Assembly (NCBI RefSeq): GCF_009914755.1 | Contig: NC_060948.1 | Source: the human T2T-CHM13v2.0 reference genome, Homo sapiens | Reading direction: 5' to 3' (one strand) | Length of the DNA stretch: 64,000 nt | Shown: piece by piece, positions 16,578-30,499 of the stretch | How the letters are laid out: the number at the start of each line of letters is the position of its first letter | How positions within the stretch are numbered: the stretch's first letter is position 1 | Notes under the pieces: model-generated | Told to the model about the DNA's origin: nothing | Databases searched by the model: none | Seen by the model: the letters and a program-made list of their open reading frames with translations, nothing else | Program-made: the position numbers and the translations under genes

Positions 16578-18861
16578 TATGCTACCCATAGTATAGCAAA
16601 ACCCACTGAGAATTAGAACCTAGGTCTCTGTTGACACTGAGCACACTCTGAAACTCTGAAATTATGGTTATGAGAGATTGCAAGTTACCTTATTATTGAA
16701 GTCAAATTGTCTGTTCTTGCAATTGAATGCATCCTGATATAATAATCAGCACATTATTAGGAACATCCACTCTCACAAAGTAGAATGTAAGAGAATGAAA
16801 CACAGGGAAAGGAGATTTTTGTTTATGAGGAATGATGGAAGACGGAAGATAAATTAGCAAAAATCGACAATATGGAGGCTTTTTTGAAAGCTCTGAAATA
16901 TCAGTAGTTGAGATAGGGAACCATTAAGGAGAAGTCATATATTTTATGTTTTGGCAGGAAGTCAACCCAGTTGGCAGAGAAGGAATGTTTTTAATTGTCT
17001 CCCTCATGCACATTTGTTTCAGAACAAATATCCTGTCAATATTATGTTTTTGATTTTTAAAATGCACTTCTCTAGTTCATATTGTAAAACTAGGAAAGAA
17101 GCATTAAACATGCATTTTATGGATGGATTCCCGGGGGGAAGTACACACCACACTCAAATCCACTTTAGTGACGTTACATGACACAAGCTGAAGTATTTTA
17201 CTAAATTAAAATAAAAACAAGGGGCTTTCCTCTTCACTAAATATACTAGAGTGCATGACAATATTCTTTACTACATAAACTTGTCATTTTTCAATATGTG
17301 TCTTCTTATTTTCTATCATCACTAAAGCTAAGCTCTGGTTTGAAACTCAGATTCCTATGCCTAACAGTAAATTAATACTTTTTAAACACACAAAAAAACC
17401 AGAATCCTGCTACACACTGAAGGCAAAACACAACAGTGTTACACTCTGTAAAATCATCAATGTAAAATCAGGTACACTAAATCTTGAGTATTCATTTGCC
17501 TATGTAGTTTAACAACCAATCTTGAACAATTTTTATGGAACTATTTTGTTTATAGGATAAACTCCAAATTCCTTAGAGATACTTTTTGAGACATGGCTTA
17601 GTACCCCTTTCAAACATCCCTAAAACACAGTTTTTTCCAACTACCCTATCTCCTTTGAACACGAGCATGACGCTTATCTTTCTCATTTCATTCTTTTGGC
17701 AGAGGATATACCTCTCCTCCACCTAGGAAATGCCAGCTTAGATACTGCTTCCTCTGGGAAGAGAGGTTCTGCATCAATTACCCAAGCAGAATCAATTCTG
17801 TTTTCTCTTTTATCTATACTTACGTAGCACTTTGTATCTACCTTGGTTTTGGTATGTAACAGACTCACATTTTCATTGATTGTTTACGTATTTCTTCTCT
17901 TGCTAAACTGCAATCTGAACCATTTGAAATCATAGTCATCTTTTCAGAAGTATTTACTAAACTCTCAAGATTTGAAAATGAATATGACATTGTAACAAAT
18001 CTATGGATAAGGTGTGATGGAGACCTCAAAGGTTGAAACATTATTATTGGTTTTCACCTGGAAGAATGAGAGCACTCTAGATATTACATGGATTTTGAAG
18101 AATGAAGAAGAGTGCCCCTCACAGACATATGGGAAAGGTGAAAATTTAGGCCACATGACCAGGCAAAGAAAACAGCTTTGGCAACCATATAATTTTCATC
18201 CTCCTTTCTGTAGCATCTCACACAATACCTGGCACAAGTTAATATCTCAACAGATTTTTTTAATGAGTATATAAAGCAACAAAGAAAATCTCAGCAAATT
18301 CCCAAAGGTAAAATATCTTACCGATCACATTCTCTAACCAATATCCAGTAAATCGAGAAGTTACACAAAATTATAGCATTTGAATGACCAACAAGATATA
18401 TTTAACGCACACACACATACACACTTAGAAATTAACAATAATTATTTTAAGCTACTCTTGGTTAAAGAAGTAACCAAAGTGAATATGAAGATAGTAAGGA
18501 AAGAAAAAGAGAAAGATATAAGCTAGCCAAATATAAAGTTAGCATACAGGAAATAGCTTTCAATTTACCTATAGTTACCAACCAGAAAATTCACTGCAAT
18601 ACAAAATCCCGTTTACATTAGAAAGAAATCCATATTCTGATATTCGCTGCTCAGCTAGTTCCCACTTTCTTCTGCTAGAGAGCACTTGACGGAAGGTGCT
18701 CTAAAAAATTTGGTGCCTTAGTATTAGCTCCTGCTAAAGCAACTATGTTGCAACCACCATTTAGAAATTTTCAGACACAATTGGCATTTCAACCTGCAGA
18801 GTTTCAAATCTCGACTTTTTGTTAAATTACACATAAGCATCAGCAAGAGATTTTCCTTTAA

Positions 18862-19173
<312 letters not shown>

Positions 19174-19693
19174 TTCTTTCTTAACAGAGCTACTTGAGTG
19201 CCTAGTTCTAGTGCGAGTTCAACTATGTCAGGCAAGAACTTTGCTAAAAATAGCAAGAAAGAGGCTAGCATACGTAAACATCATGAATTTTTCTTACCAT
19301 CTCCTTTAATACTACAATGTCAGTTGACACATAGGTCTATTTTCTAACGTAAAGCAGGCAATTATTTAACTAAATGCTTTGTCACTGTCTAACAAGGCTT
19401 TCCAGCCTGCTATCTGTATCTGAAATATTAATATGCAGCTCCAGATTTCTTCCATTTAGCAAATTCTATAATTAGGTTCTATTAATTTCAGCATCACACT
19501 TACAAGTATAAAATCTGTATCAGACAGAATTGACTCATGCATATAAAGGTATATATATATAAAATACGTATGTGTATCTATAAACTGAAATTGCATCTCA
19601 TTACTTTGATTTGCATATATATAAAATAACAGTGGCTTAAATAATTTTTTTTTTCTTTCTCAATTAAGAACTCAGGCTGCCCTTGGCTGATAT

Positions 19694-20474
19694 TGTATCC
19701 GGAATTGGTTCCTTCCGGTGGGTTCTTGGTCTCACTCACTTCAAGAATGAAGCCCACTGTGAATGTTACAGTTCTTAAAGATGGTGTGTCTGGAGTTTGT
19801 TCCTTCAGATGTTCAGATGCATCCAGAGTTTCTTCCTTCCAGTGGGTTCCTGGTCTAGCTGACTTCAGTAGTGAAGTGGCAGACCTTCCCAGTTAGTGTT
19901 ACAGCTCTTAAAGGTGGCGCCTCTGGAGTTGTTTGTTCTTCCCAGTACGTTCCTGGTCTCACTGACTTCAGGAATGAAGCCCCAGACTCTTGCAGACCCT
20001 TGCTGTGAGTGTTACAGCTCATAAAGGTAGTGCGGACCCAAAGAGCAAGCAGCAGCAAGATTTATGGTGAAGAGCGAAAGAACAAACAAACCACTTCATT
20101 TAAGGGGACCAGAGTGGATTGCAGCTGCTGGCGCCACTGACCAGCTTTTATTCCCTTATTTTGCCCCGCCCAAGACCTGCTGATTGGTCCATTTTACAGA
20201 GCACTAATTGGTCCATTTTACAGAGTGCTGATTGGTCCATTTTTACAGAGTGCTGATTGGTGCGTTTACAAACCTTTAGCTAGACACAGAGCGCTATCTA
20301 GTGCATTTTTACAGAGTGCTGATTGGTGCGTTTACAAACCTTTAGCTAGACACAGAGTGCTGATTGGTGCGTGTATACCGAGTGCTGATTGGTGCATTTA
20401 CAAACCTCTAGCTAGACAGAAAAGTTCTCCAAGTCTCCACTTGACCCAGGAAGTCCAGCTGGCCTCACTTCTCA
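19694..20474 (-). mobile_element. LTR12 (ERV9) solo LTR, 4-bp TSD
   Basis: Minus strand runs tgagaagtgaggccagctggacttcctgg ... gaaggaaccaattccggataca; TSD atat at 19690-19693 and 20475-20478; repeated CCAAT units. Confidence 0.95.
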
Positions 20475-20478
20475 ATAT

Positions 20479-20790
20479 GGTGGCTTCACTCCTGCTACCA
20501 TTCTACTCTACTAACTTTAAATCTAGCGCTGATCCTCCAGAATGTTTCATATTCTCAAGTGACTGCAGGAGATGCAGTTATCACATGGACTTTCAAGACA
20601 GATAAAAGGAAGTAGGAAAAGAAAGGGTGAAAAATATATATATATGTATGAGCAAAGTCAGTGCTTTTTGAGGAGATTTTAAAGAAACCCCAACCAATGA
20701 CTTCCACTTATTTATCATTGGCCATCCCTAGATGCAAGAGGGATTGGATAAAATAATCCTTTGCTCTTCCTTATATTCTTCTGGAATATA
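20479..20790 (-). mobile_element. Old MLT1 (J/K-like) MaLR LTR fragment, probably continuing left of the LTR12 at ~19620-19690
   Basis: cttccacttatttatcattggcca...cctagatgcaagaggga and aaataacagtggcttaaata motifs. Confidence 0.45.
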
Positions 20791-20838
20791 ATCAGGATTC
20801 TGTGTATTTACATATAAAAATGAATATCAAATAGTCCC

Positions 20839-21221
20839 TGATATGGCTTGGATTTGTGTCCCCGTCCATATCTCATGTCAAATTGTAATCTCCAGTGTTA
20901 GAGGAGGGGCCTGCTGGGAGGTGACCGGATCGTGGGGGCATATTTCCCTCTTGCTATTGTTGTGATAGTAAGTTCTCATGAGATCTGGTTGTTTAAAAGT
21001 GTGTAGCTCCTCCCCCTTTGCTCTCTCTTTCTCCTGGCCCAGCCACGTAGGATGTATCTGCTTCCCCTATGCCTTCTGTCATGACTATAAGTTTACTGAG
21101 GCCTCCCCAGCCATGCTTCCTGTACAACCTGTGGAACTGTGAGCCAATTAAACTTTTTTTCCCTTATAAATTACTTAGTCTCAGGTAGTTCTTTATAGCA
21201 ATGTGAGAATGGACCAATACA
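20839..21221 (+). mobile_element. MaLR solo LTR (MSTA/THE1D-like), 5-bp TSD
   Basis: tgatatggcttgg...ggaccaataca; TSD gtccc at 20834-20838 and 21222-21226. Confidence 0.93.
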
Positions 21222-21259
21222 GTCCCAATTTCGCAGGCTTTACAACAGAGCCTACTTTC

Positions 21260-22060
21260 CAGAATTCAAAAAAGTTAATTGGAGATAAAGATCTGAACTT
21301 TATTTAAAAGTCTATACAATTATTAGGACAATATTTAGGATAAATCTTTACAGCTTTGTGAGATATAAAAGGGATGATGGGCAAGGTTAATTGCATAAAA
21401 TTTAAATGAACAACACAAAATAATCTGTATGTCAAAAGATACTATACACAAATACTTGAAGAATTTTTAGATAACATCTAAAATTTAGATAATGGTCTAA
21501 AAATCAACAAGCATTTCAGATAAGAGAAAACACAAATGGCCGGTAAACATGAAAGATACTCAACCATGCAGTAATTAGGGGAGTGCCAATCAAAGTAATG
21601 AGATACAATTTCAAGTCTATCATTTAGAAATAATTAAAATAATAAAAAAACAATTTGAAAGTTAATATCAAAGTCCAGTATGGCATGAACTAACATGCAC
21701 TCTTACACATGCTACCTTTCTGGAACATAATTCAGTATCTATCAGAATTCTAAATGCACACACTCACTGGGCACACAATTTCAATTATAGATAGCACTTG
21801 TAAATGCATACTTGTGCATATATGAAAATATATCTGTATAAGGAAAGGTCAAAACAGCATTGCTTAATTCAGCAGAAATATGAAAACTCCTTACATGTTT
21901 ATCGACAAGAAAAAAGAAAAATGATAATATTATTTATTAAATAAATAATAAATTTTATTTATTAGTTAATTAAAAAAAGAAAAAAGAAAAAACATTATTT
22001 TATAATCTGCAATGCTTAAAATAAAGAAAATGTATTGTATGTACTGACATAAGCATAATT
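21260..22060 (+). mobile_element. Very old L1 (L1ME-like) ORF2-end relic
   Basis: caaatggccggtaaacatgaaagatactcaacc...atgagataca motif. Confidence 0.55.
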
Positions 22061-22628
22061 TGAAGTCAATTTGGTAAGAAATAACATCTTTACTATGTTG
22101 AGACTGCCAATTCATTAATCAGATATGTTTCTTCATTTATTTAGATCTTATTTTGTTAATTGGCCTTTAATAATTTTTAGCATATGGTTTTTAACATGTT
22201 AAGTTTTGTATCTAAATATGTTATATTTTGGAGAGATTGCAAATGGTATTATGTCTTATATTTTTGTTTCCACAAGTTCACTGTTAGTATACAAGTATGG
22301 GATTGATTTTTGTGTATTGATCATGTATCCTGCAACCTTGAGGAACTCACTTATTAGTTCCAGGAGATTTGTTTGTTTTTATTGCTTATTTCTTCTGATT
22401 TTCTATGTAAATAATAATATCACATGCAGACAGGAACAACTTTATCTCTCTTTGTAATCTACATGATTTTAATTTTCTTTTCTTGACTCATTGAAGTAGC
22501 TAGAACTCCCAGGACTATGTTGAATAAGAGTGATGAGAATAAGCAATTTTACCTTTGTTCCTGATGAACTTAAGGCAAAAGCATTCAGAATGTCAGCATT
22601 AAGAATAATGTTAGCTTTAGTCACACTG

Positions 22629-22660
<32 letters not shown>

Positions 22661-23572
22661 CAGAGTTGTCTCTTTTCTCTCACTCTCTCTCTCTATATAT
22701 ATACACACAGATATATATATATATCTGTGTGTGTGAGTGTGTGTGTGTGTGTAAAATTGTATACTTATATCAAGTATAAGTTTTTCTCCTCTCCTGATTT
22801 GCTGAGTTTGGGTGTTGGATTTTGTCAAATCCTTTTTTCTTCATCAATTAATATGATCATATAATTTGTCCTTGCTAGCCTTTTGATAGGTTGAACTATT
22901 TTGATTGAAACACAACTGATATCATTCACAGTGACAGCTTTGCGTATCTGGAATAAAGCTCATGTTGTCATGGCATATTCATCTTTGTATACATTGCTGG
23001 GTTTATTTTTATATGTATATATATATATATATTTAGAAATTTTCAACCTGAATTTTAACTAATTCCATCTTTTAAATGTTCCTGAACTATTCATATTTTC
23101 TACCTAATCTCGGTTAAGTTCTAGTAGTTTGTGATTTTTAAGGAAGAGGATCTATTTCTTCTAAGATGTTAATTTATGACCATGGAGTTTTCATAGTGCT
23201 CCATCTATTATTCTTTTAATGATTATACAATCTCTAGTAAAAGCTCCTACTAAATTCATGATATTGGTGATTTATATCTCATTTATATTTTATCAGGCTT
23301 GTGAGACATTAATTTTTATTTATTTTGTCAAAGACACACATTTTATTTTATTGATTTTCTCTATTGCTTTCCTTCTTTCAGATTTACTGATAACTGTGTT
23401 TATCTTTAATATAGCCATCCCCTTGCTTGATTTAATTTGATTTTTCTCCTTAATAAGAACTTAAGTTATTAATTTAAGACATTTTCTTGTTGTTGATGAA
23501 AGAATTCAATGCTATAATTTTTTATCTCTACACTACTTTAGCACTATTCACATATTTTGATGTTGTATTTTC
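22061..23572 (-). mobile_element. L1M ORF2 relic
   Basis: Antisense ORF2 motifs (gattgatttttgtgtattgatcatgtatcctgcaacc; ctagaactcccaggactatgttgaataag). Confidence 0.75.
22628..22752. repeat. Compound (CT)n/(TA)n/(CA)n/(GT)n microsatellite
   Basis: Directly visible; includes a 30-bp perfect palindrome at 22703-22732. Confidence 0.95.
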
Positions 23573-24970
23573 AATAATTATGTTAAATGTAAGTGGACTA
23601 AACACTCCTGCCATAATTTAGTAAAGGGGAAAATGGATTTAAAAACTGTATCCTCAGTATAGAGACAGTAACAAGCAATAGGGAAAAAACTCCCTGTTCA
23701 ATAAATGGTGCTGGAATAACTGGCTAGCCAAATGCTGACGAATAAAATAGGACCCCTACCTTTCAACATTTCAAACAATAACTCAAGATGGATTAAAAAT
23801 TTAAACTTGAGACCTGAAAATATAAAAATCTTAAAAGAAAACTTGTGAAATTCCATTCCAGGCATCAGCCTTGGCAAATAATTTTTGGCTAAGTTCCCAA
23901 AAAACAATCACAACAAAAACAAAATTGACAAGTGGGACCTAAGTAAACTAAATAGCTTCTGAACAGCAAAAGAAACTGCCAATAGAGTAAACAGACTACC
24001 TACAGAATGGGATAAAAAAAAATTGCAAACTATGCATCTGACAAAGGTCTAATATTCAGCATTTATATGGAAATTATACAAATTTTCAAGAAAAAACAAA
24101 CAACCCCTTTAAAAAGTCGGAAAATGGCATGAACAGATATTTTTCAAAATAAGATATACATGTGGCCAACAAGCCTATTAAAAATGCTCAGGATCACTAA
24201 TAATTGCAGAAATGCAAATCAAAAGCACACGGAGATAGCATCTCACACCATTCAGAACAGCCATTATTAAATTAACAAAATATACCAGACGATGGTGAGG
24301 TTGTGGAAAAAAAAGAGCACTTCCACACTGCTTCGGTGGGAATGTAAATTAGATCAGCTGCTGAGGAAAGCAGTTTGAAGATTTCTCAAAGAACTTCCAA
24401 CATTGCCATTCAACCCAGCATTCCCATTACTGGGTATATACACAAAAGAAAGTAAATCATTCTAACAAAAATACACACGCACTTGTGTGTCAACTGCAGC
24501 ATTATTCACAATAGCAAAGACGTGGAATTACCCTACAGGCCCATCAATACTGGACTGGATAAAGAAAATGTGGTACCTATACATCATGAGATGCCACACA
24601 GCTATATAAAAGAAGAAAATTATATCCTTGTCAGCAACATGGATAAGGTTGGAAGTCATTATTCTAAGCAAATTAACACAGGAAAAAAACCCAAATACTG
24701 TACATTCTCACTTACAAGTTGGAGCTAAACTTTGCATACACATGGACATAAAGATGGGTACAATAGACAGTGGGCACTGGGGACTACTAGAGAAGGGAGA
24801 GTTTTAGGGAGGAGAGGGCTGTAAAATTAACTATAGGGTGCAACGCTCACTACCTGGGTAACTGGGCCATTTGTATACCAAACCTCAGCAACATGCAATT
24901 TACTCATGTAACAAACCTGTACATGAACCCCCTGAACATATAATAAAAGTTGAGTAAAATAAATAAATAA
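23573..24970 (+). mobile_element. L1PB/L1PA16-like 3' portion with A tail
   Basis: ccctgttcaataaatggtgctgg, attgacaagtgggaccta, 3' end gtaacaaacctgtacatgaaccccctgaac and A-rich tail. Confidence 0.88.
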
Positions 24971-24997
24971 AGTTCTCAAGTCAGGAACTCAAATTTT

Positions 24998-25137
24998 AGC
25001 CAGGTGCATGGCTCAGGTCTGCAACCCCAGAACTTTGGGAGGCTGAGGAAGGTGGATCACTTGAGCTCTGGAGTTTGAGACCACCTGGGCAAGATGGGAA
25101 AATCCCATCTTTACTAAATAACACAAAAATTAGCCAT
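24998..25137 (+). mobile_element. Alu left monomer (AluJ/FLAM-like), diverged
   Basis: gccaggtgcatggctca...ctttgggaggctgagg...ggatcacttgagc...aaaaattagcc. Confidence 0.85.
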
Positions 25138-25429
25138 GGGAGGCAGAGTACCCCTGTATATAAAATATGTGATCATACATTACTTTTTTCTTCCTTCTTT
25201 CTGTCGTTATTGTCACAAATTACATCGTAATATATTGTTTAATATTAAGTATTGATCTATAATTATTGTTTTGTGCAATTCTTTTTTTAAAACATGGGGT
25301 AAAAATACAAGTTATAAGTAAAAAACAAATGTATACTATCTTTTTTATTTATTTATGTAGTTATCATTACTGATGCTCATATCTTCAAGTGAATTTGAGT
25401 TACTGTCTAGTATCTTTTCATTTCTGCCT

Positions 25430-27661
25430 TGATATGGTTTGGTTGTGTCCCCACCCAAATCTCATATTGAATTGTAACTCCCATAATTCCCACATGTTGT
25501 GGGAGGAACCCTGTCAGAGGTGATTGAATTATGGGGACAGATCTTTTCTGCACTGTTCTTATGATGGTGAATGGTCTCACAAGAATTGATGGTTTTAAAA
25601 ATGGGAGTTTCCCCACACAAGCTCTCTCTTTGCCTGCTGCCATCCATGTAAGACATGATTTACTTCTCCTTGCTTTCCACCATTTGTGAGGCCTCCTGAG
25701 CCACGTGGAACTGCAAGTCCATTAAACCTCTTTCTTTTGTAAATTGCCTGGTATTTGGTATGTCTTTATCAGCAGCACAAAAATGGACTAATACAGTAAA
25801 TTGATACCAGTAGAGTGGGGCATTGCTGAAAATATACCCAAAAATGTGGAAGTGACTTTGGAACTGGGTAATGGGCACAGATCGGGACGGTTTGGAGGGC
25901 TCAGAAGAAGACAGGAAAATGTGGGAAAGCTTGGAACTCCCTAGAGACTTGTTGAATAGCTTTGACCAAAATGCTAATAGTGATATGAACAATAAGGTTC
26001 AGGCTGAGGTGGTCTCAGATAGAAATGAGAAACTTATTGGGAATTGGAACAAAGGTGACTCTTGTTATGTTTTAGCAAAGAGATTGGCAACATTTGCCCC
26101 TGCCCTAGAGATGTGTGGGACTCTAAACTTCAGAGACATGATTTAGGGTAACTGGTGGAAGAAATTTCTAAGCAGCAAAGCTTTCAAGAGGTGACTCAGG
26201 TGCTGTTAAAGGCATTCAATTTTATAAGGGAAGCAGAGGATAAAAGTTCAGAAAATTTGGAGCCTGACAATGCGATAGAAGAGAAAAACCCATTTTCTGA
26301 GGAGAAATTCAAGCGGGCTGCAGAAATTTGCGAAAGTAATGAGGAGCCAAATGTTAATCCCCAAGACAACAGGGAAAATGTCTCCAGGGCATGTCACAGT
26401 TCTTCGTGACAGCCTGTCCCATTACAGGCCTGTAGGCCTAGGAGGAAAAAGTGGTTTCATTGGCTGGGCCCAGGGTCCCCATGCTGTGTGCAGCCTATGG
26501 ACTTGGTACCCTGCATCCCAGCCACTCCAGCCATGGCTGAAAGGGGCCAACATAGAGCTTGGACTGTGGCTTCAGAAGGTGCAAACCCCAAGCCTTGGCA
26601 GCTTCCACCTGGTGTTGAGCCTGTGAGTGCACAGAAGTCAAGAGCTGAGGTTTAGGAACCTCCTTCTAGATTTCAGAAGATGTAAGAAAATGCCTGGATG
26701 AACAGGCTGAAGTTTCCTCTAGAGTTGGGGCTCTCATGGAGAACCTCTGCTAAGGCAGTGCAGAAGGGAAATGTGGGGTCAGATTCCCCACACAGGGTCC
26801 CTACTGTGGCTCCACCTAGTGGAGCTGTGAGCAAAGGGCCACAGTCCTCCAGAACCCAGAATTGTAGATCCACTGACAGCTTGCACAGTGTGGCTGGAAA
26901 AGCTGCATACACTCAACACCAGCCCATGAAAACAGCCAGGAGGGAGGCTGTACCCTGTAAAGCCACAGGGGTGGAGCTGCCCAAGACCATGGGAACCCAC
27001 CTCTTGCATGCAAGACATGGAATCAAAAGAGATAATTTTGGAGCTTTAAGATTTGACTGCCCTGGTGGATTTCAGACTTTTATGGGGCCTGTAGCCCCTT
27101 TGTTTTGGCCAATTTCTCCCGTTTGGAAAGGCTGCATTTACCCAATGCCTGTACCCCCATTGTAGCTAGGAAGTAACTAACCTGGACTGTGGACTTTTGA
27201 GTTAAAGCTGAAATGATTTAAGATTTTGGGAGACTGTTGGGAAGGCATGACTGGTTTTGAAATTTGAGACATGAGATTTGGGAGGCCAGGGGCTGAATGA
27301 TATGGTTTGGCTGTGTCTCCACCCAAATCTCATTTTGAATCGTAACTTCCACAATTCCACCTGTTGTTGGAGAAACCCGGTGGGAGGTGATTGAATTATG
27401 GGAGCAGGTCTTTCCTGCACTGTTCTCATGATAGTGAGTGAGTCTCCTGAGATCTGAAAGTTTTAAAAATAAGAGTTTCCCTGCCAAGCTCTCTCTTTGC
27501 CTGCTGCCATCCATGTAAAACATAACTTACTCCTTGACTTCTGCCATGATTGTGAGGGCACCCCAGCTACATGAAACTGTAAGTTCATTAAACTTCTTTC
27601 TTTTGTAAATTGCCCAGTCTCAAGTACGTCTTTATCAGCAGCATGAAAATGGACTGATATA
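25430..27661 (+). mobile_element. Full-length THE1 (THE1A-like) MaLR element: LTR 25430-25795, internal 25796-27297, LTR 27298-27661; inserted in a minus-strand L1M (~25150-27990)
   Basis: Two homologous LTRs tgatatggtttgg...ggactaataca; internal MaLR ORF relic (LEGSEEDRKMWESLELPRDLLN); TSD (t/a)gcct. Confidence 0.96.
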
Positions 27662-27989
27662 AGCCTGAAGAACTACCATTAGTATTTCTTGTAGTCTAGA
27701 CTGGCTAGTTGTGGATGTTGTTCACTTTTATCTAAGAATATTTCAATTTCTCCTTTATTTTTTTCAAATCAAAACTTTTGTTTGACAGGCCTTTCTCTTA
27801 GTACTTTGAATATATCATCCCACTAACTTCTGACTTTATGATTTCTGATAAGGCAGTTGTTAATATCATTTAGGATTACTTTTAGATAATATGTTGCCTA
27901 TCTTTTGCTCCTTTCAAAATTTTCTGCTTGTCCTTCAACAGCTTGATTATAATTATGTGTCTAGGTGTGTATCTCTTGGGAGACATTCT

Positions 27990-28685
27990 GACAATTCCTC
28001 AAAATGTTAAACATAGGTTACTATATGACCCAACAATTTCACACTTTGCTATATACTCAAGAGAATTTCAAACATATATTTACATATTAACTTGTAAACA
28101 AACATTCACAACATCATTATTCATAATAGCTACCATATGGGGAATGACCCAAAAGTCCATCAGATGCTAAAAGGTTAACCAAAATGTGGTATATTCATAA
28201 AATTGAATATTGTTTGGCAATAAAATCTATGAATTACTGTTATATGCTGCAACATTGATGAATCTTAGAAACATGCTAAGTGAAAGCAGTTAGACACAAT
28301 AGGGCATGAATCGCATGAATCTATTTATATAAGTTATCCAGAATAAGTTAATCCATACAGACAGAAAGGGAATTAGTTGTTGCCAGGGCCTTGCAGGAGG
28401 GAAGAACAAGGAGTGATTGCTAATAGATACAGAATGACTAAAATACTCTAAAAATTTATTGTAGTGATGGTTTCACAACCATCACAGTTTATTTGTATAT
28501 ATATTAGGATGGTACAAAAGTAATTGTGGTTTTTCCATTAAAAGTAATGGCAAAAACCACAATTGCTTTTGCATCAACCTAACCTAATACTAAACACCAG
28601 TGAATTGTACAATATAAAAGGGTTAATTTTAGGGTTAATTGTATGTCTTGTTAATTATATCTCAATAAAGCTAGTATAAAAAAAG
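27990..28685 (+). mobile_element. L1MB/MC-type 3' end
   Basis: ggttactatatgacccaacaatttc...aaaatgtggtatattcata...ttatatctcaataaagc plus A tail. Confidence 0.75.
28504..28587. mobile_element. MADE1 (Hsmar1-derived MITE)
   Basis: ~80-bp near-palindrome ttaggatggtacaaaagtaattgtggtttt...aaaaaccacaattgcttttgcatcaacctaa flanked by TA. Confidence 0.93.
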
Positions 28686-29590
28686 AAATGGAGTGCTAAT
28701 ACTAAAAATGAATAAATAAGTCAATAATTGACAGTCAAAAATAGTGTGATCTCTTTCAACTTTTATAGCCATCATCATTAGTAGTTGTAATAGTAGTGAT
28801 AGCAGTAGCATTTCACTGTTATTGACTGGAGTATTTGCTCTTGGAGATATAAATTTATTTATATCAGAGTGCAGGAGAGTAAGATTGCAACCATTTCTAA
28901 CAAAGAATAATACTAGATGAAGACGGATGTTACACTAAGCTCAGGGCATACAATGCAAATGCACAGAGCATAATTATTTTTATTTTAGAAAACTTCCAGT
29001 TTAAATTTACTTTCTATATTAATTTGAATATCTATATGACTCTTTAATAAGTACAGTATTAAATTTATTTTTATTCTGATATTATTGTGTTAATAAGACC
29101 CTTTTTGGAAATAAATAATGCATCATTTAGAAGGAAAATCTGTATGTGTTATAGAATTATGAAGCGACAATATCTCCAGGTGAGAAAACTGTGTAGAGAT
29201 AAAGAAGAAAACGTAAGAAATATAAACATGGTAAGTAAACAGAGCTGAGTTTTTCAAAATTAGTCAATCTTTTTAATCTAATCAAAAATATTAAAATATG
29301 TATCACGTGATGATTCAATTTAAAATGCACACTCAGAAGCTATCAACTTTTTGCCTACTTTCTTTATGGCTAGGAATGTTAGAATTGTTATAGTTACCAA
29401 ACAAAAACATTTCTAAAACAAATTCTACAATTACTTTGAAAAAATAATAAAGAAAGCAAATGCTATGTAATTTTATGTGCTTGAATTTGAAAATAAACTG
29501 TATAAAATACCAGACAAAGAGATTTGTGGTAGTAAGCTGACAAGAGTAACTAGTGAGTTTCTGCATTTTTCAAATGCTTGAAGTAAATAC

Positions 29591-29965
29591 ATCTATAGGC
29601 TGAATGTCTGTGTCTCTGCTCCCAAATTTATGTTGAAATCCTAACCCACAATGTGATAGTATTAGGAGTTATGGCCTTTTGTAGGTGATTAGCTTATGAC
29701 ATCAGATCTCTCATGAATTGCATTAGTGTCCTTATAAAAGAAAGCTTAGAGAGCTTCCTTCTCCCTTGCCTCCCCAATTAAGTGAAGTCACACTGAGAAG
29801 ACAGCTGTCTCTGAATCAGGAAGCAGGCCCTAACCAGACATTAAATTTGATAGTGCCTTGATCTTGGACCTCTCAGTCTCCAAAACTGTGAGCAATAAAT
29901 TTCTGTTGTTTCTAAGCCACCAAGTCTATAATATTTTGTAATAGTTGCCCAAATGGAATGAGACA
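29591..29965 (+). mobile_element. MLT1A-like MaLR solo LTR
   Basis: ctataggctgaatgtctgtgtc...tgccttgatcttggac...aactgtgagcaataaatttctgttgtt...gagaca. Confidence 0.85.
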
Positions 29966-30499
29966 ATATCATATAGCTAAAAGCTTCCATAAAGAGTTCA
30001 CAGCAAAACGAAAAAGTAACCGTCCCTATGTGATTGATTTAAAAACAAAAAACAAATTTTTGTATAAATTATGAAAGCTAAATTGTTCTATATTAAATAA
30101 TTCTATAAGATGCTATTCTATAAAACTTGTATTTAGTCTAATGATGTCTTTAAGGAAATTAGTCATTATATTACTTGTAGCCTGATTCATGAGGATTTTC
30201 CATATAAATTTCTTCCTAGTCTTAACATCAATAATATTTGTGCATTTTTCTGAGCCAGTCTCCTGTTTTCATCTGATAGGCCCTATTAACTATGTTTTGG
30301 TTTCTCTAGTATGTGTATGGATTTAATGATATGTATTTTTCATACTAGCTTCATTCTCAGATATGTTTTATATTCTACTATTGTTATTTTTTTCTTTGTC
30401 ATATAATTTAAAATATTTCTCTACTTTCAAATTTTCTTGTAAGTAGCCTTACATTCATGTTGGTGCAGGATGAAAAATAAATATTAGGTGTCAATTGAC

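Noticed and set aside
20165-20420. Regularly spaced direct repeats resembling a CRISPR array
   Set aside because: Spacers are themselves repeated, there are no cas genes, and the array lies inside an LTR12 with a TSD
25871-27165. Overlapping ORFs of 80-155 aa
   Set aside because: Fragments of the decayed THE1 internal ORF and alternative frames
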